Origin: an uncultured Bordetella sp.
GTDB taxonomy: Bacteria > Pseudomonadota > Gammaproteobacteria > Burkholderiales > SG8-41
Length of the DNA stretch: 64,000 nt
Direction of reading: 5' to 3'
NCBI GenBank assembly: GCA_964533495.1
Contig: CAZHJU010000003.1
Location: 18,995-82,994, forward strand
The first letter of the stretch is position 1; the number at the start of each line of letters is the position of its first letter. The notes beneath the pieces are model-generated. The model was not told where the DNA came from, ran no database searches, and saw only the letters and a list, made by a program, of their open reading frames with translations. Made by a program: the position numbers and the translations under genes. Below, piece by piece: positions 1 through 9,769 of the stretch.

Positions 1-113
1 CACCGTCCATCGCATGCACCGCGATCCCGCGGCACCCGTCTGGTTTGCGCAGCGCGCTTCCACCTGTTCATCCCGGACGATTATACCGGCACCGCCACAC
101 CCCGCCTGCGCGC

Positions 114-1097
114 TCAGTCCGGTCTGATTCCGGCCTTCCGGATCACGTCGCCGATCAACTCGCCCTCGGTTTTCAGCACCGCTGCGAACTGTTCCGGGGT
201 GTCGCCGACGGCCTCGAATCCGATCGAGGCGAAACGCTGCCGCACGTCCGGGGATTTCAGCGCGGCTGCCACCGCCTGGTTCAACTTGGCCACGACCTCG
301 CGCGGCGTGCCGGCCGGCACGAGGATGCCGTAGCGCCCGCCGATCGGCGGCATCTTCACGCCGGCCTCGGCCACCGCCGGCAGTTGCGGCATCACGGACG
401 AACGTTTCGTGCCGATCGTGGCCAACAGGCGCAGCCGCCCGCTTTCCGCCAGCGGCCTTGCCGGCGCCATGTCCGCGACCATCATGTCGATTTCACCGGA
501 AACGACGGCCGTCAGCGCGGGACCGGTGCCCTTGTACGGCACATGGACAAGTTCAGCCTGCAGCACCCTGCGCAGCAGCTCGGTGGTGATGTGCGACACC
601 GAGCCGTTGCCCGAAGTGCCGTACGTCAGCTGATGTTTCCCGGAATCGATCAGCCGGACCAGTTCGCCCGTGCTCCGTGCCGGAACTCTGGGGTTGACCG
701 CAATTACGAACGGCGAAGTGGCCACCTGGGACACCGCCGCCAGGTCGCGCTGGACGTCGTACGGGATATTCGGGTTCAGCTGGGGCCCCACAATCATGTT
801 GCCCGCCGCCCCCAGGGCGATGACATGACCGTCCGGCGGTGCCTTGGCCACGATATCCATGCCGATGACGCCACCGGCGCCGCCCCGGTTGTCCACCACG
901 ATCTGCTGCCCGAGCAGTTCCGCGAGCTTCGGCGCGACCGCACGTCCTGCGATGTCCGCCGGACCGCCCGGCGCGAAACCGATCACCATCCGGATCGCCT
1001 TCACCGGATAATGCCTGCCATCCTGCGCGAATGCGCCCTGCGGAAGAGCCAGGGCCGCCGCTGATGCGCATACCATCCATTTCCCGAACCGCAACAT
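114..1097 (-). CDS. Bug/TctC-family periplasmic solute-binding protein (tripartite tricarboxylate transporter, TTT)
   Basis: ORF 114..1121(-). Signal-peptide-like N-terminus (MLRFGKWMVCASAAALALPQGAFAQ), then family hallmarks PVKAIRMVIGFAPGGPAD, VVDNRGGAGG, YGTSGNGSVSH, HVPYKGTGPA. Start set at ATG 1097 (GAGG just upstream on the minus strand); 1121 is the alternative. Confidence 0.9.
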   Translation of the reverse strand: MLRFGKWMVCASAAALALPQGAFAQDGRHYPVKAIRMVIGFAPGGPADIAGRAVAPKLAELLGQQIVVDNRGGAGGVIGMDIVAKAPPDGHVIALGAAGNMIVGPQLNPNIPYDVQRDLAAVSQVATSPFVIAVNPRVPARSTGELVRLIDSGKHQLTYGTSGNGSVSHITTELLRRVLQAELVHVPYKGTGPALTAVVSGEIDMMVADMAPARPLAESGRLRLLATIGTKRSSVMPQLPAVAEAGVKMPPIGGRYGILVPAGTPREVVAKLNQAVAAALKSPDVRQRFASIGFEAVGDTPEQFAAVLKTEGELIGDVIRKAGIRPD

Positions 1098-1397
1098 GTT
1101 CAATTCCGCCTCGACATCCATCGGTTAGTGTGTGGAACGGCCCCACCGGAAAAGCGTGGGAAACCGTCTTGAATCCTGCAGCCGCCGATGATAGGAACTG
1201 TTCCATGCCCCGTCCAAGAACGCATTTTTCATTGTTAAGATTTCATGGTTATATGGATTCGGGACGGCCTTGCGGGCGCCTGCTTCCGCAGAACGGAGCG
1301 GCACGGGCGAGGCACGCTTCGCATGCGGACGCGCCTTGAATCCGATACGATCGATCCGGCCCGCGACGGCAACCACATCGCCGGCGCGACAAACGAC

Positions 1398-2273
1398 ATG
1401 AAACGACACAGCCATTCCGCCTTCCACGAATTCAACGGACTGCGCCACCACGTGCGCCTCTGGGGTGATGCCGGCGCGCCGCCGCTGTTCCTGCTCCACG
1501 GCTGGATGGATGTGTCGCTGTCCTTCCAGTGGGTCGTCGACGGGTTGCAGCGCGACTGGCGGATCGTCGCTCCGGACTGGCGCGGATTCGGATTGTCGGG
1601 CCGGCCGGCCGGCGGTTACTGGTTTCCCGATTACTACGCCGACCTCGAGGCGCTGCTGGCCGTCTACTCGCCGGACCGTCCGGCGCTCGTCGCCGGCCAC
1701 AGCATGGGCGGCGTCATCGCCTGCACTTATGCCGGGCTGCGCCCGGAACGCATTGCGCGGCTGGTTTCGCTGGAAGGCTTCGGCCTTGCCCGCACCACGC
1801 CGGCGGAAGCGCCGGGGCGCTACCGGCGCTGGCTCGACGAACTGGCGACGGAACCGCGTTTTCGCGCCTACGACTCCTTCGACGCGCTGGCAGCCCGGCT
1901 GCAGCGCGACAATCCCCGGTTGACCGCGGAAAAAGCGCGGTTCATCGCCCGCGCCTGGGCGCGCGAAACGGCGCCCGGCAAGGTGCAAATGCTCAGCGAC
2001 CCGCGGCACAAGCGCGCCAACCCGGTGCTGTTCCGGATCGAGGAACTGATCGCCTGCTGGCGGGACATCGCCGCGCCGACCCTGTTGGTCTTCGGCCGCG
2101 ACTCCAAAAGCGCCGGTTACCTGAAGGACACGCCGGAGCAGCTCGCCGAGCGCAAGGGCGCCTTTCGCGATTACCGGGAAGCTTGGGTCGAGGATGCAGG
2201 ACACATGATGCACCACGACCAGCCGGCGGCCGTGGCCCGCCTGATCGAGGATTTCATGACGGCGCAGCACTGA
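1398..2273 (+). CDS. alpha/beta-fold hydrolase
   Basis: Internal ATG 1398 of ORF 1245..2273. LLHGWMD oxyanion region, nucleophile elbow GHSMGG, C-terminal DAGHMMHHD (catalytic His region). Confidence 0.85.
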   Translation: MKRHSHSAFHEFNGLRHHVRLWGDAGAPPLFLLHGWMDVSLSFQWVVDGLQRDWRIVAPDWRGFGLSGRPAGGYWFPDYYADLEALLAVYSPDRPALVAGHSMGGVIACTYAGLRPERIARLVSLEGFGLARTTPAEAPGRYRRWLDELATEPRFRAYDSFDALAARLQRDNPRLTAEKARFIARAWARETAPGKVQMLSDPRHKRANPVLFRIEELIACWRDIAAPTLLVFGRDSKSAGYLKDTPEQLAERKGAFRDYREAWVEDAGHMMHHDQPAAVARLIEDFMTAQH

Positions 2274-2362
2274 GCCGGCGGCCGGTCGCCGGATGTCATA
2301 GCGATCCCGGATGCCGCCCCACCGCCCCGCGGCAACCCCGCGTGGCAGAATGTCTTCCGTCC

Positions 2363-3118
2363 ATGGCCGTCACCGCGATGAACCCTCCTTCCGATCCTCC
2401 CCTGCTCGGCGTCCTCGGCGGCATGGGGCCGCTCGCCGCCGCCGATTTCCTGGCCAAGCTGGCCGAAGAAACCCCGGCCACCCGCGACCAGGAGCACATT
2501 CCCTATGTCGCCTGGGGCGTGCCGCAGATCCCGGACCGGCCCGCCGCCATCCTCGGCGGCGGCGCATCGCCGCTGCCGCAGATGCTGCGCGGCATCGCGG
2601 CGCTGAAACAGGCCGGCGCGCAGGCCATCGCCATCGCCTGCAACACCGCGCACTACTGGCATGACGACCTGCTGCGCGAAGGCGGCCTGCCGATCCTGCA
2701 CATCGCCGACGCCGCCTGCGACCTGCTGGCGGAACGCGGCATCACCGCCGGCAGCGTCGGCCTGATCGGCACCGAAGGCACGCTGCAGGCGGGATTCTTC
2801 CAGCAGCGTTTCGCCGCGCGCGGCCTCGGCTGCATCATCGGCAGCGCCGAAGACCGGCAAAGGCTGATGCTGCCGGCGATCGCCGCGGTCAAAGCCAACG
2901 ACCTGCCGCTGGCGCACACCCTTGCGGTGCAGGCGGTGCTGCGCCTGCACGAAGCCGGTGCGCGCGCCGTGGTGCTCGCCTGCACCGAAACGCCGCTCGC
3001 CATCGACCACGCGGCCAGCGCGGCGGCGCCGCTGTGCATCGACGCCACGCGGGCGCTGGCGCGCGCCTGCGTCGCCTGGCACCGGCGCGCATCGAAGATC
3101 CGCGGCATCGCAATGTAG
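2363..3118 (+). CDS. aspartate/glutamate racemase-family protein (aspartate racemase-like)
   Basis: In-frame ATG 2363 (alt 2378) inside over-extended ORF 1529..3118. GVLGGMGP, IACNTAHYW and LACTETPL, the two catalytic-Cys motifs of the Asp/Glu racemase fold. Confidence 0.85.
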   Translation: MAVTAMNPPSDPPLLGVLGGMGPLAAADFLAKLAEETPATRDQEHIPYVAWGVPQIPDRPAAILGGGASPLPQMLRGIAALKQAGAQAIAIACNTAHYWHDDLLREGGLPILHIADAACDLLAERGITAGSVGLIGTEGTLQAGFFQQRFAARGLGCIIGSAEDRQRLMLPAIAAVKANDLPLAHTLAVQAVLRLHEAGARAVVLACTETPLAIDHAASAAAPLCIDATRALARACVAWHRRASKIRGIAM

Positions 3119-3120
3119 TC

Positions 3121-3149
3121 TGGACAAAGCCCGCCGCATCGCCTAGATT
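3121..3149 (+). promoter_or_regulatory. candidate sigma70 promoter for gltI
   Basis: TGGACA (3121..3126), a 17-nt spacer, then TAGATT (3144..3149), about 70 nt upstream of the gltI ATG. Sequence match only. Confidence 0.4.
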
Positions 3150-3217
3150 GGGCCGCGCAGCGCCACGGTGCCGTCGCCCGGACGGCCAATCCGTTCATCG
3201 CCAAAAGGAGCCACAAC

Positions 3218-4138
3218 ATGCTTCGCATCCACCAGCTTGTCGCCGCCATCGCCGCAGCGAGCCTGTTCGCCGCGCCGGTCCATGCCCAGGAACTCACGGG
3301 AACCCTGAAGAAGATCAAGGATACCGGCGTCATCAAGGTCGGCCATCGCGACGCCTCGGTGCCGTTCTCCTACCTCGACGACAAACAGCGTCCGGTCGGT
3401 TATGGCGTCGACATCTGCATGAAGATCATCGACCGCATCAAGGCCGATCTGAAAATGCCCAAGCTGAAGGTCGAGTTCGTGCCGGTGACCTCGCAGACGC
3501 GGATCCCGATCCTGACCGGCGGCAACATCGACATCGAATGCGGCTCCACGACGAATTCGGTCGAACGCCAGAAACAGGTCGATTTCGCGCCGACCTATTT
3601 CATGACCGGCACCAAGATCATCGTCAAGAAGTCGTCCGGCATCAAGGGCTATGACGATCTGAAGGGCAAGACCGTGGTGTTCACGCAGGGAACCACCAAC
3701 GAGCGCGCCATGAAGGCTTACAATGACGAGAAGAAGCTCGGCATCAAATTCATCCCTTCGAAGGACCATGCCGAATCCTTCCTCGCCGTGGAAACCGGCC
3801 GCGCCGTCGCCTTTCCGATGGACGACATCCTGCTCTACGGCCTGAGAGCCAACGCCCGCAATCCCAACGACTACGAGGTGATCGGGGCATTCCTGTCCGA
3901 TGACCCGTACGCGATCATGATGCGCAAGGGCGATCCGGCGTTCAAGAAAGTGGTCGACGGCGCGGTGACCGCGCTCTACAAGAGCGGCGAGATCAACAAG
4001 ATCTACACCAAGTGGTTCCAGTCGCCGGTTCCCCCGAAGAACATCAACCTCAACGTCCCGATGTCCGACAGCCTGAAGGAAGCGATCAAGAATCCCAACG
4101 ACACCGGCGTCGGCGCCTGCGGCAAGATGAAGTGCTGA
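3218..4138 (+). CDS. gltI: glutamate/aspartate ABC transporter periplasmic binding protein
   Basis: AAGGAG SD before ATG 3218 and a signal peptide (AAPVHAQ). Colinear with E. coli GltI as I recall it: VIKVGHRDASVPFSY, IECGSTTNSVERQKQVDF, SKDHAESF, GRAVAFPMDD, WFQSPVPPKNINLN. Confidence 0.9.
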   Translation: MLRIHQLVAAIAAASLFAAPVHAQELTGTLKKIKDTGVIKVGHRDASVPFSYLDDKQRPVGYGVDICMKIIDRIKADLKMPKLKVEFVPVTSQTRIPILTGGNIDIECGSTTNSVERQKQVDFAPTYFMTGTKIIVKKSSGIKGYDDLKGKTVVFTQGTTNERAMKAYNDEKKLGIKFIPSKDHAESFLAVETGRAVAFPMDDILLYGLRANARNPNDYEVIGAFLSDDPYAIMMRKGDPAFKKVVDGAVTALYKSGEINKIYTKWFQSPVPPKNINLNVPMSDSLKEAIKNPNDTGVGACGKMKC

Positions 4139-4175
4139 CCGCATGACGAAGCGCGGATAAACGGACCGAACCGAC

Positions 4176-4209
4176 AAACCGGGGAGCGCCAGTTCCCCGG
4201 TTTTTTTTC
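4176..4209 (+). terminator. rho-independent terminator/attenuator between gltI and gltJ
   Basis: Stem CCGGGGA (4179..4185) / TCCCCGG (4194..4200), 8-nt loop, then T8 (4201..4208). Confidence 0.8.
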
Positions 4210-4237
4210 GGAATGCTTTCGCGTTACACTGGATCGC

Positions 4238-4966
4238 ATGGATTTCGGATTTCTGTTCCAGCCCGCGTTTTCCGGCGGGGGCACCTATCTCGACTGGGTG
4301 CTCTCGGGCATCAAATGGACCCTCTGCCTGTCGGCGCTGGGATGGATCATCGCCTTCACGCTCGGATCGGTGCTGGGCATCCTGCGCACTGCGCCGCTGG
4401 CCATCCTGCGCGTTCCGGCGACCGCCTATGTCGAGCTGTTCCGCAACGTTCCGCTGCTGGTGCAGATGTTCATCTGGTACTTCGTCGTGCCCGAGATCGT
4501 TCCCAAGAACGCCGGCGACTGGCTGAAAATGGAGATGCCGATGCCGGAGTTCTGGAACGGCGTGCTGTGCCTCGGCACCTACACGGCCTCGCGCGTGGCC
4601 GAACAGGTCCGCGCCGGCATCCAGTCGATACCCCGCGGCCAGGTCGACGCCGGGCTCGCGACCGGCCTCACGCTGCCGCAGACCTACCGGCACGTGCTGC
4701 TGCCGATGTCCTACCGCATCATCATTCCGCCCCTCACCACCGAATTCCTGACCATCTTCAAGAACTCGTCCGTGGCCCTGACCATAGGCGTGCTGGAGCT
4801 CACCGCCCAGGCGCGCCAGATCTCCGAATACACCTTCCAGACCTTCGAGATCTTCACCATCGCCACCATCGTCTATGCGCTGATCACGCTGACGGTCACC
4901 TTCGCGATGCGCTGTCTCGAGCACCGCACGCGCGTGCCGGGCTACATCGGCGGCGCGGGGAAATAA
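4238..4966 (+). CDS. gltJ: glutamate/aspartate ABC transporter permease
   Basis: 242-aa polar-amino-acid (HisM/GltJ-type) permease. Multi-TM protein with an EAA-loop-like region TASRVAEQVRAGIQSIPRGQVDAGLATGL. Confidence 0.88.
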   Translation: MDFGFLFQPAFSGGGTYLDWVLSGIKWTLCLSALGWIIAFTLGSVLGILRTAPLAILRVPATAYVELFRNVPLLVQMFIWYFVVPEIVPKNAGDWLKMEMPMPEFWNGVLCLGTYTASRVAEQVRAGIQSIPRGQVDAGLATGLTLPQTYRHVLLPMSYRIIIPPLTTEFLTIFKNSSVALTIGVLELTAQARQISEYTFQTFEIFTIATIVYALITLTVTFAMRCLEHRTRVPGYIGGAGK

Positions 4967-4969
4967 GGC

Positions 4970-5659
4970 ATGTTCGCCGAGATCGATCTCGACGTCATCC
5001 GCCGCGCCCTGCCCTACCTCTGGGAAGGCATGCAGTTCTCGCTCGGGCTCACGCTGCTGGCGATGGCGGGCGGCATCGTGCTCGGCACGCTGCTGGCGCT
5101 GATGCGGCTCGCGCCGTTCCGGCTCCTCAGCTGGCCGGCCGGAGCCTATGTCAACCTCGTGCGCTCGATCCCGCTGATCCTGGTGATCTTCTGGTTCTAT
5201 TTCCTGATCCCGATCGCCATCAAGCAGCTGACCGGCAATCCCTACGCCGCCGGCATAGGCCCCTTCTATTCGGCGCTGATCGCGTTCACGATGTTCGAGG
5301 CCGCCTATTACTGCGAGATCATCCGCGCCGGCATCCAGAGCGTGCCCCGCGGCCAGGCGCACGCCGCCTACGCGCTGGGGCTCGGCTACCGCCAGGCCAC
5401 CATGCTGGTGATCCTGCCGCAGGCCTTCCGCAACATGGTGCCGGTGCTGCTGACGACCAGCATCATCCTGTTCCAGGACACCTCGCTGGTCTATGTCGTC
5501 GGACTCACCGACTTCATGGGCGCGGCCAGCAAGGTCGCGCGCCGCGACGGCCGGCTCGTCGAGCTCTACCTGTTCGCCGCGCTGGTGTATTTCATCCTCT
5601 GTTTCGCCGCCTCCTATTTCGTCAAGCGGCTGCAGCAGCGCATCACGCCGCCACGTTAG
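4970..5659 (+). CDS. gltK: glutamate/aspartate ABC transporter permease
   Basis: 229-aa permease starting 3 nt after gltJ. EAA loop [29 protein letters not shown]. Confidence 0.88.
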   Translation: MFAEIDLDVIRRALPYLWEGMQFSLGLTLLAMAGGIVLGTLLALMRLAPFRLLSWPAGAYVNLVRSIPLILVIFWFYFLIPIAIKQLTGNPYAAGIGPFYSALIAFTMFEAAYYCEIIRAGIQSVPRGQAHAAYALGLGYRQATMLVILPQAFRNMVPVLLTTSIILFQDTSLVYVVGLTDFMGAASKVARRDGRLVELYLFAALVYFILCFAASYFVKRLQQRITPPR

Positions 5660-5672
5660 CAAGGGTTACGCC

Positions 5673-6407
5673 ATGGCCATGATCGAGTTCAGGAACGTCA
5701 GCAAGTGGTACGGCAGCTTCCAGGTGCTGAAGGACTGCACGACCGCCGTCGCAAAGGGCGAGGTGGTCGTCGTCTGCGGCCCCTCGGGTTCCGGCAAGTC
5801 GACGCTGATCAAGTGCGTCAACGGCCTCGAGCCCTTCCAGAAGGGCGAAGTCATCGTCAACGGCCAGTCGGTCGGCGCGAAGGACACGAAGCTGCCGCAG
5901 CTGCGCGCGAAGATCGGCATGGTCTTCCAGCACTTCGAGCTGTTCCCGCACATGGACGTCACCGCCAACCTCAACCTCGCCCAGATCCGGGTTCTCGGGC
6001 GCAGCGTCGAGGAAGCCACCGCGAAATCCCACGCCCTGCTCCAGCGCGTCGGCATGGTCGAGCATGCGAAAAAATTCCCCGGCCAGCTTTCCGGCGGCCA
6101 GCAGCAGCGCGTCGCCATCGCCCGCGGCCTGGCGATGGATCCGATCGCGATGCTGTTCGACGAGCCGACCTCGGCGCTCGACCCGGAGATGATCAACGAG
6201 GTGCTCGACGTGATGGTCGAGCTCGCCCGCGAAGGCATGACCATGATGTGCGTGACCCACGAGATGGGTTTCGCGCGCAAGGTCGCCCACCGGGTGATCT
6301 TCATGGACCAGGGCGAGATCGTCGAGGATGCGCCGAAGGAGGAGTTTTTCGGCACGCCGCGCTCCGAGCGCGCGCAGCAGTTCCTGTCGAAGATTCTCCA
6401 CCACTGA
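5673..6407 (+). CDS. gltL: glutamate/aspartate ABC transporter ATP-binding protein
   Basis: ATG 5673 inside ORF 5493..6407. Walker [10 protein letters not shown], signature [15 protein letters not shown], Walker [12 protein letters not shown]. Confidence 0.92.
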   Translation: MAMIEFRNVSKWYGSFQVLKDCTTAVAKGEVVVVCGPSGSGKSTLIKCVNGLEPFQKGEVIVNGQSVGAKDTKLPQLRAKIGMVFQHFELFPHMDVTANLNLAQIRVLGRSVEEATAKSHALLQRVGMVEHAKKFPGQLSGGQQQRVAIARGLAMDPIAMLFDEPTSALDPEMINEVLDVMVELAREGMTMMCVTHEMGFARKVAHRVIFMDQGEIVEDAPKEEFFGTPRSERAQQFLSKILHH

Positions 6408-6473
6408 GCAGCCGTGCGCGGGTAGAATGCGCGCTTTTCAGCGAGGGCGTCCGTTCAAGGCGCAGATCCCAGA

Positions 6474-6872
6474 ATGGCTTCGAGCACGACGAAAAAGAAA
6501 TCCGGCAACCAGTACGACTGCAGCAAATGCCCCGGCTACTGCTGCAGCTACCCGCTGATCGAGGTTGGCAAGCGCGACATCGCGCGGCTGGCCAAACACT
6601 TCGGGATCACCTACAACCAGGCCGAGTCGCAGTACACGCGCTTCGACCGCTCCGAGAAGGTGCGCTCGCTGAAGCAGCAGGACGACCGGCACTACGGAAA
6701 GATCTGCAAGCTGTTCGACACCCGGAAACGGCAATGCACGGTCTACGAGGCGCGCCCCGGCGTCTGCCGCGCGTATCCGGACGGAAAGCGTTGCGGTTAT
6801 TACGAATTCCTGCTGTTTGAACGTGAGCAGCAGGGCGATGACAAGTTCGTCGCCACGACCGACAACAACTAG
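6474..6872 (+). CDS. YkgJ-family (UPF0153) cysteine-cluster protein
   Basis: 132 aa. CSKCPGYCCSYP N-terminal Cys cluster plus CTVYEARPGVCRAYP, typical of the putative Zn/Fe-chelating YkgJ family. Confidence 0.75.
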   Translation: MASSTTKKKSGNQYDCSKCPGYCCSYPLIEVGKRDIARLAKHFGITYNQAESQYTRFDRSEKVRSLKQQDDRHYGKICKLFDTRKRQCTVYEARPGVCRAYPDGKRCGYYEFLLFEREQQGDDKFVATTDNN

Positions 6873-6889
6873 CATCGGCCGACCGATGC

Positions 6890-6917
6890 AAAAAAGCCCC
6901 GCGATGCGGGGCTTTTT
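6890..6917. terminator. bidirectional rho-independent terminator between convergent genes
   Basis: A6, then GCCCCGC (6896..6902), loop GAT, GCGGGGC (6906..6912), then T5. Lies between the ykgJ-like (+) and M20 deacylase (-) stops. Confidence 0.85.
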
Positions 6918-6933
6918 CACGTGCGGCGCCGCT

Positions 6934-8106
6934 TCAGCCGCAACAGCGCGCCATCAGTCCGTGCAGGAATCGCTCGCAGCGCGCCACCTGCTCCAGCGTG
7001 ACGAACTCGTCGGGCTTGTGCGCCTCGCGGATCGAACCCGGGCCGCAGACCACCGTCGGCACGCCCGCGACCTGGAACTGCGAGGCTTCGGTGCCGAAGG
7101 ACACCTTGAGGATGTCGCGGCAGCCGGAAAACTCCTGCGCCAGTGCGGTGATTTCGGCTTCCGCGCTGGTGTCGAGGGCGGAAATTTCCGACATCTTCTC
7201 AATGGTGAAGCCGGTGCGCGGATCGACAGCGTGCATCTCGGGCTCGATCGCCGCGCGCACATGCGCCTCGAACTCGGCGCGCAGCCGCTCCGGATCGTCG
7301 CCCGGCAGGTTGCGGAACTCGAAATCGAACACGCAGTCCTGCGGCACGATGTTCAGCGCCGTACCGCCGCGGATGGTGCCGGTGTGCACCGTCGTGTAGG
7401 CGATGTCGAAGCCACGGTCATAGGGCCCGCGGTCGCGGTGCCGCCGCGCGAGCCGCTTCAGGAAAGCCACGGCCTCCGCCGCCGCCTCCACCGCGTTGAC
7501 GCCGTGCGGCGCATAGGCCGAGTGCGAGGCCAGGCCGCGCACGGTGCAGCGGTAGCTCTGCTTGCCCTTGTGCGCAATCACCGGCCGCATCTCGGTGGGC
7601 TCGCCGACGACGCAGGACCGCGGACGGATGCCGGCAGCCGCCATGTCCTCGAGCAGGCCGCGCACGCCGAGGCAGCCGACCTCCTCGTCGTAGCTGAAGG
7701 CGAGGTGCAGCGGCGTTTCCAGGCCGCGATCGACATACTGCGGCACCAGCGCCAGCACGCAGGCGATGAAACTCTTCATGTCGGAAGTGCCGCGGCCGTG
7801 GAGCCGGCCGTCGCGTTCGGCGACAACGAAAGGATCGCTGCTCCAGTCCTGGCCGTCGACCGGCACCACGTCGGTGTGTCCCGAGAACACGATGCCGCGC
7901 TCTCCGCGCGGCCCGAGCGTCGCGAACAGGTTGGCCTTGCGCCGGTCATGGTCGAAGGTCAGCCGCAGATCGGCATCGAGCGGACGCAGCAGCTCGCGCA
8001 CGTAATCGATGAGCTGCAGGTTGGAATCGCGGCTGACCGTGGGAAATGCGACCAGTTCGCGGATCAGGCGCAGCGTGTCTGCGCCGGGTGTTGCGGGCGG
8101 ATTCAT
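6934..8106 (-). CDS. ArgE/DapE-type M20 metallo-deacylase (acetylornithine deacetylase-like)
   Basis: 390 aa. FSGHTDVVPV, GRGTSDMKSF and HSAYAP motifs, with the M20 peptidase/deacylase layout. Confidence 0.8.
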   Translation of the reverse strand: MNPPATPGADTLRLIRELVAFPTVSRDSNLQLIDYVRELLRPLDADLRLTFDHDRRKANLFATLGPRGERGIVFSGHTDVVPVDGQDWSSDPFVVAERDGRLHGRGTSDMKSFIACVLALVPQYVDRGLETPLHLAFSYDEEVGCLGVRGLLEDMAAAGIRPRSCVVGEPTEMRPVIAHKGKQSYRCTVRGLASHSAYAPHGVNAVEAAAEAVAFLKRLARRHRDRGPYDRGFDIAYTTVHTGTIRGGTALNIVPQDCVFDFEFRNLPGDDPERLRAEFEAHVRAAIEPEMHAVDPRTGFTIEKMSEISALDTSAEAEITALAQEFSGCRDILKVSFGTEASQFQVAGVPTVVCGPGSIREAHKPDEFVTLEQVARCERFLHGLMARCCG

Positions 8107-8191
8107 GGCAAGGTCCGTCTTTAAAGAGGCAGGATAGGCAGGCCGTCATGACGTGTCAACGCGCCATCCTGCGGTATCCTAGGCGCACGCC

Positions 8192-9763
8192 ATGCACAAA
8201 AAACCGTTGATCACGTTCGCGTCCTGCCTGCTCGCCCTCGCGCTGCTCGCCGCGCCTGCCGCTTCCGCCGCCGAACTGCGCATCGGCCTCTCCGGCGAGG
8301 TCAGTTCGCTCGACCCGCATCTGCTCGCTTCGCAGCCGAACCTCACCGTCGCCCGCCATGTCTTCGAGTCGCTGACCGACGTCGACGCGCAGACCCGGCT
8401 CATTCCCGGACTCGCCGAGCAATGGCGCGCGCTCGACGCTACCACCTGGGAATTCAGGCTGCGCCGCGGCGTGAAATTCCATGACGGCTCGGAGTTCACC
8501 GCCGAGGACGCGGTGTTTTCGCTGCAGCGCCCGCTGTCGATCAGGGGCAGCCCCGGCGGTTTCGCCGCCTATGTGCGCGCCGTCGAATCGGCGACCGCGG
8601 TCGACCGCCACACGCTGCGCGTCAGGACGAAATATCCGTACGGCGCCCTGCCCGAAGACATCAACTCGATCCTCATCGTCTCGAAAAAAGCCGCGCAGGA
8701 TGCCGGCCCCGGGGATTTCGACTCGGGGCGCGCGATGATCGGCACCGGGCCTTACCGGTTCCTGCTCTACCAGCGCGGCGACCGGCTCGAACTCGCGCGC
8801 CACGATCAGTGGTGGGGCAAGGCGCCGGCCTGGGACCGGGTCACGCTGCGCGTGATTCCCGCCGATCCCTCGCGCACCGCCGCGCTGCTCTCCGGCGAGC
8901 TCGACGCGATCGAGCACGTTCCTTCGGCGGATTTTAAAAATATCAATAAAAACAATAAGTTAAGAACAGTGCAAACCACCTCCTGGCGCACCATCCTGCT
9001 CCACCTCGACCAGCACCGCGCGCGGCCGCCGGGCGTCAGCGGTCCCGACGGCAAGCCGCTGGCGAGCAATCCCTTCATGGATCCGCGCGTGCGCCGCGCG
9101 ATGTCGATGGCGATTCACCGCGAAGCCATCGCCTCGCGCGTGATGGAAGGCCTGGCCGTGCCCGCGGCGAACATCGTGTCGCCGAGCGTCTTCGGCCACA
9201 ACGCGGCGCTGAAGGCGGCACCCTACGATCCCGAAGGCGCAAAACGCCTGCTCGCCGAGGCCGGTTACCCGAAAGGCTTCCGCATCACGCTTGCCGGGCC
9301 CAACAACCGCTACATCAACGACGAGCAGGTGCTGCAGACCGTCGCCCAACTGCTCTCGCGCGCCGGCATCCAGACCCGCGTCGAGGCCATGCCGATGTCG
9401 GCCTTTCTCGGCCGCGTGCGCAAGGAAGAAACCGCCGTGTCGCTGCTCGGCTGGGGCTCCTTCGCCGCCGACCTCGCGCTGCGTTCGCTGGTCGCGACAC
9501 CGGATCCGGACAAGGGTCACGGCGCCTGGAACTGGGGCCGCTACGCCAATCCGAAAGTCGACGCGCTGATGGAACGCGCCCTCGGCAGCGTCGACCGCGC
9601 AAAACGCGAGGTGCTGGCGCGCGAAGCCAACACGCTGGCGATGCAGGACCTGGCCTTCATCCCGCTGCACCACCAGGTCGTCAGCTGGGCGATGCGCACC
9701 GGCCTCGCCTACGCGCCGCGCACCGACGAATTCACCTTCGCCCACCATTTCACGCCGCGCTGA
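8192..9763 (+). CDS. ABC transporter substrate-binding protein, family 5 (DppA/OppA/NikA-type)
   Basis: 523 aa. Signal peptide (LLAAPAASAAE), size and layout of peptide/nickel/opine SBPs. Followed by DppB/DppC-type permeases. Confidence 0.85.
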   Translation: MHKKPLITFASCLLALALLAAPAASAAELRIGLSGEVSSLDPHLLASQPNLTVARHVFESLTDVDAQTRLIPGLAEQWRALDATTWEFRLRRGVKFHDGSEFTAEDAVFSLQRPLSIRGSPGGFAAYVRAVESATAVDRHTLRVRTKYPYGALPEDINSILIVSKKAAQDAGPGDFDSGRAMIGTGPYRFLLYQRGDRLELARHDQWWGKAPAWDRVTLRVIPADPSRTAALLSGELDAIEHVPSADFKNINKNNKLRTVQTTSWRTILLHLDQHRARPPGVSGPDGKPLASNPFMDPRVRRAMSMAIHREAIASRVMEGLAVPAANIVSPSVFGHNAALKAAPYDPEGAKRLLAEAGYPKGFRITLAGPNNRYINDEQVLQTVAQLLSRAGIQTRVEAMPMSAFLGRVRKEETAVSLLGWGSFAADLALRSLVATPDPDKGHGAWNWGRYANPKVDALMERALGSVDRAKREVLAREANTLAMQDLAFIPLHHQVVSWAMRTGLAYAPRTDEFTFAHHFTPR

Positions 9764-9769
9764 ACGGCG

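Noticed and set aside
1-113. A possible 3' end of another gene at the left edge of the window.
   Set aside because: One forward frame closes with a stop near 119..121, but the translated fragment has no recognisable motif and is too short to call.
3143-5662. Very long ORFs antisense to or overlapping annotated genes. Examples: 3143..5662(-) 839 aa, 15633..18350(-) 905 aa, 51024..54803(-) 1259 aa, 35140..37032(-), 36942..39551(-), 8960..10480(-), 22649..24562(+).
   Set aside because: Their translations are low-complexity and Arg/Ala/Gly/Pro-rich with no recognisable motifs. Each lies opposite or out of frame to a gene with clear family signatures. Stop-codon-poor alternative frames are expected in high-GC DNA.
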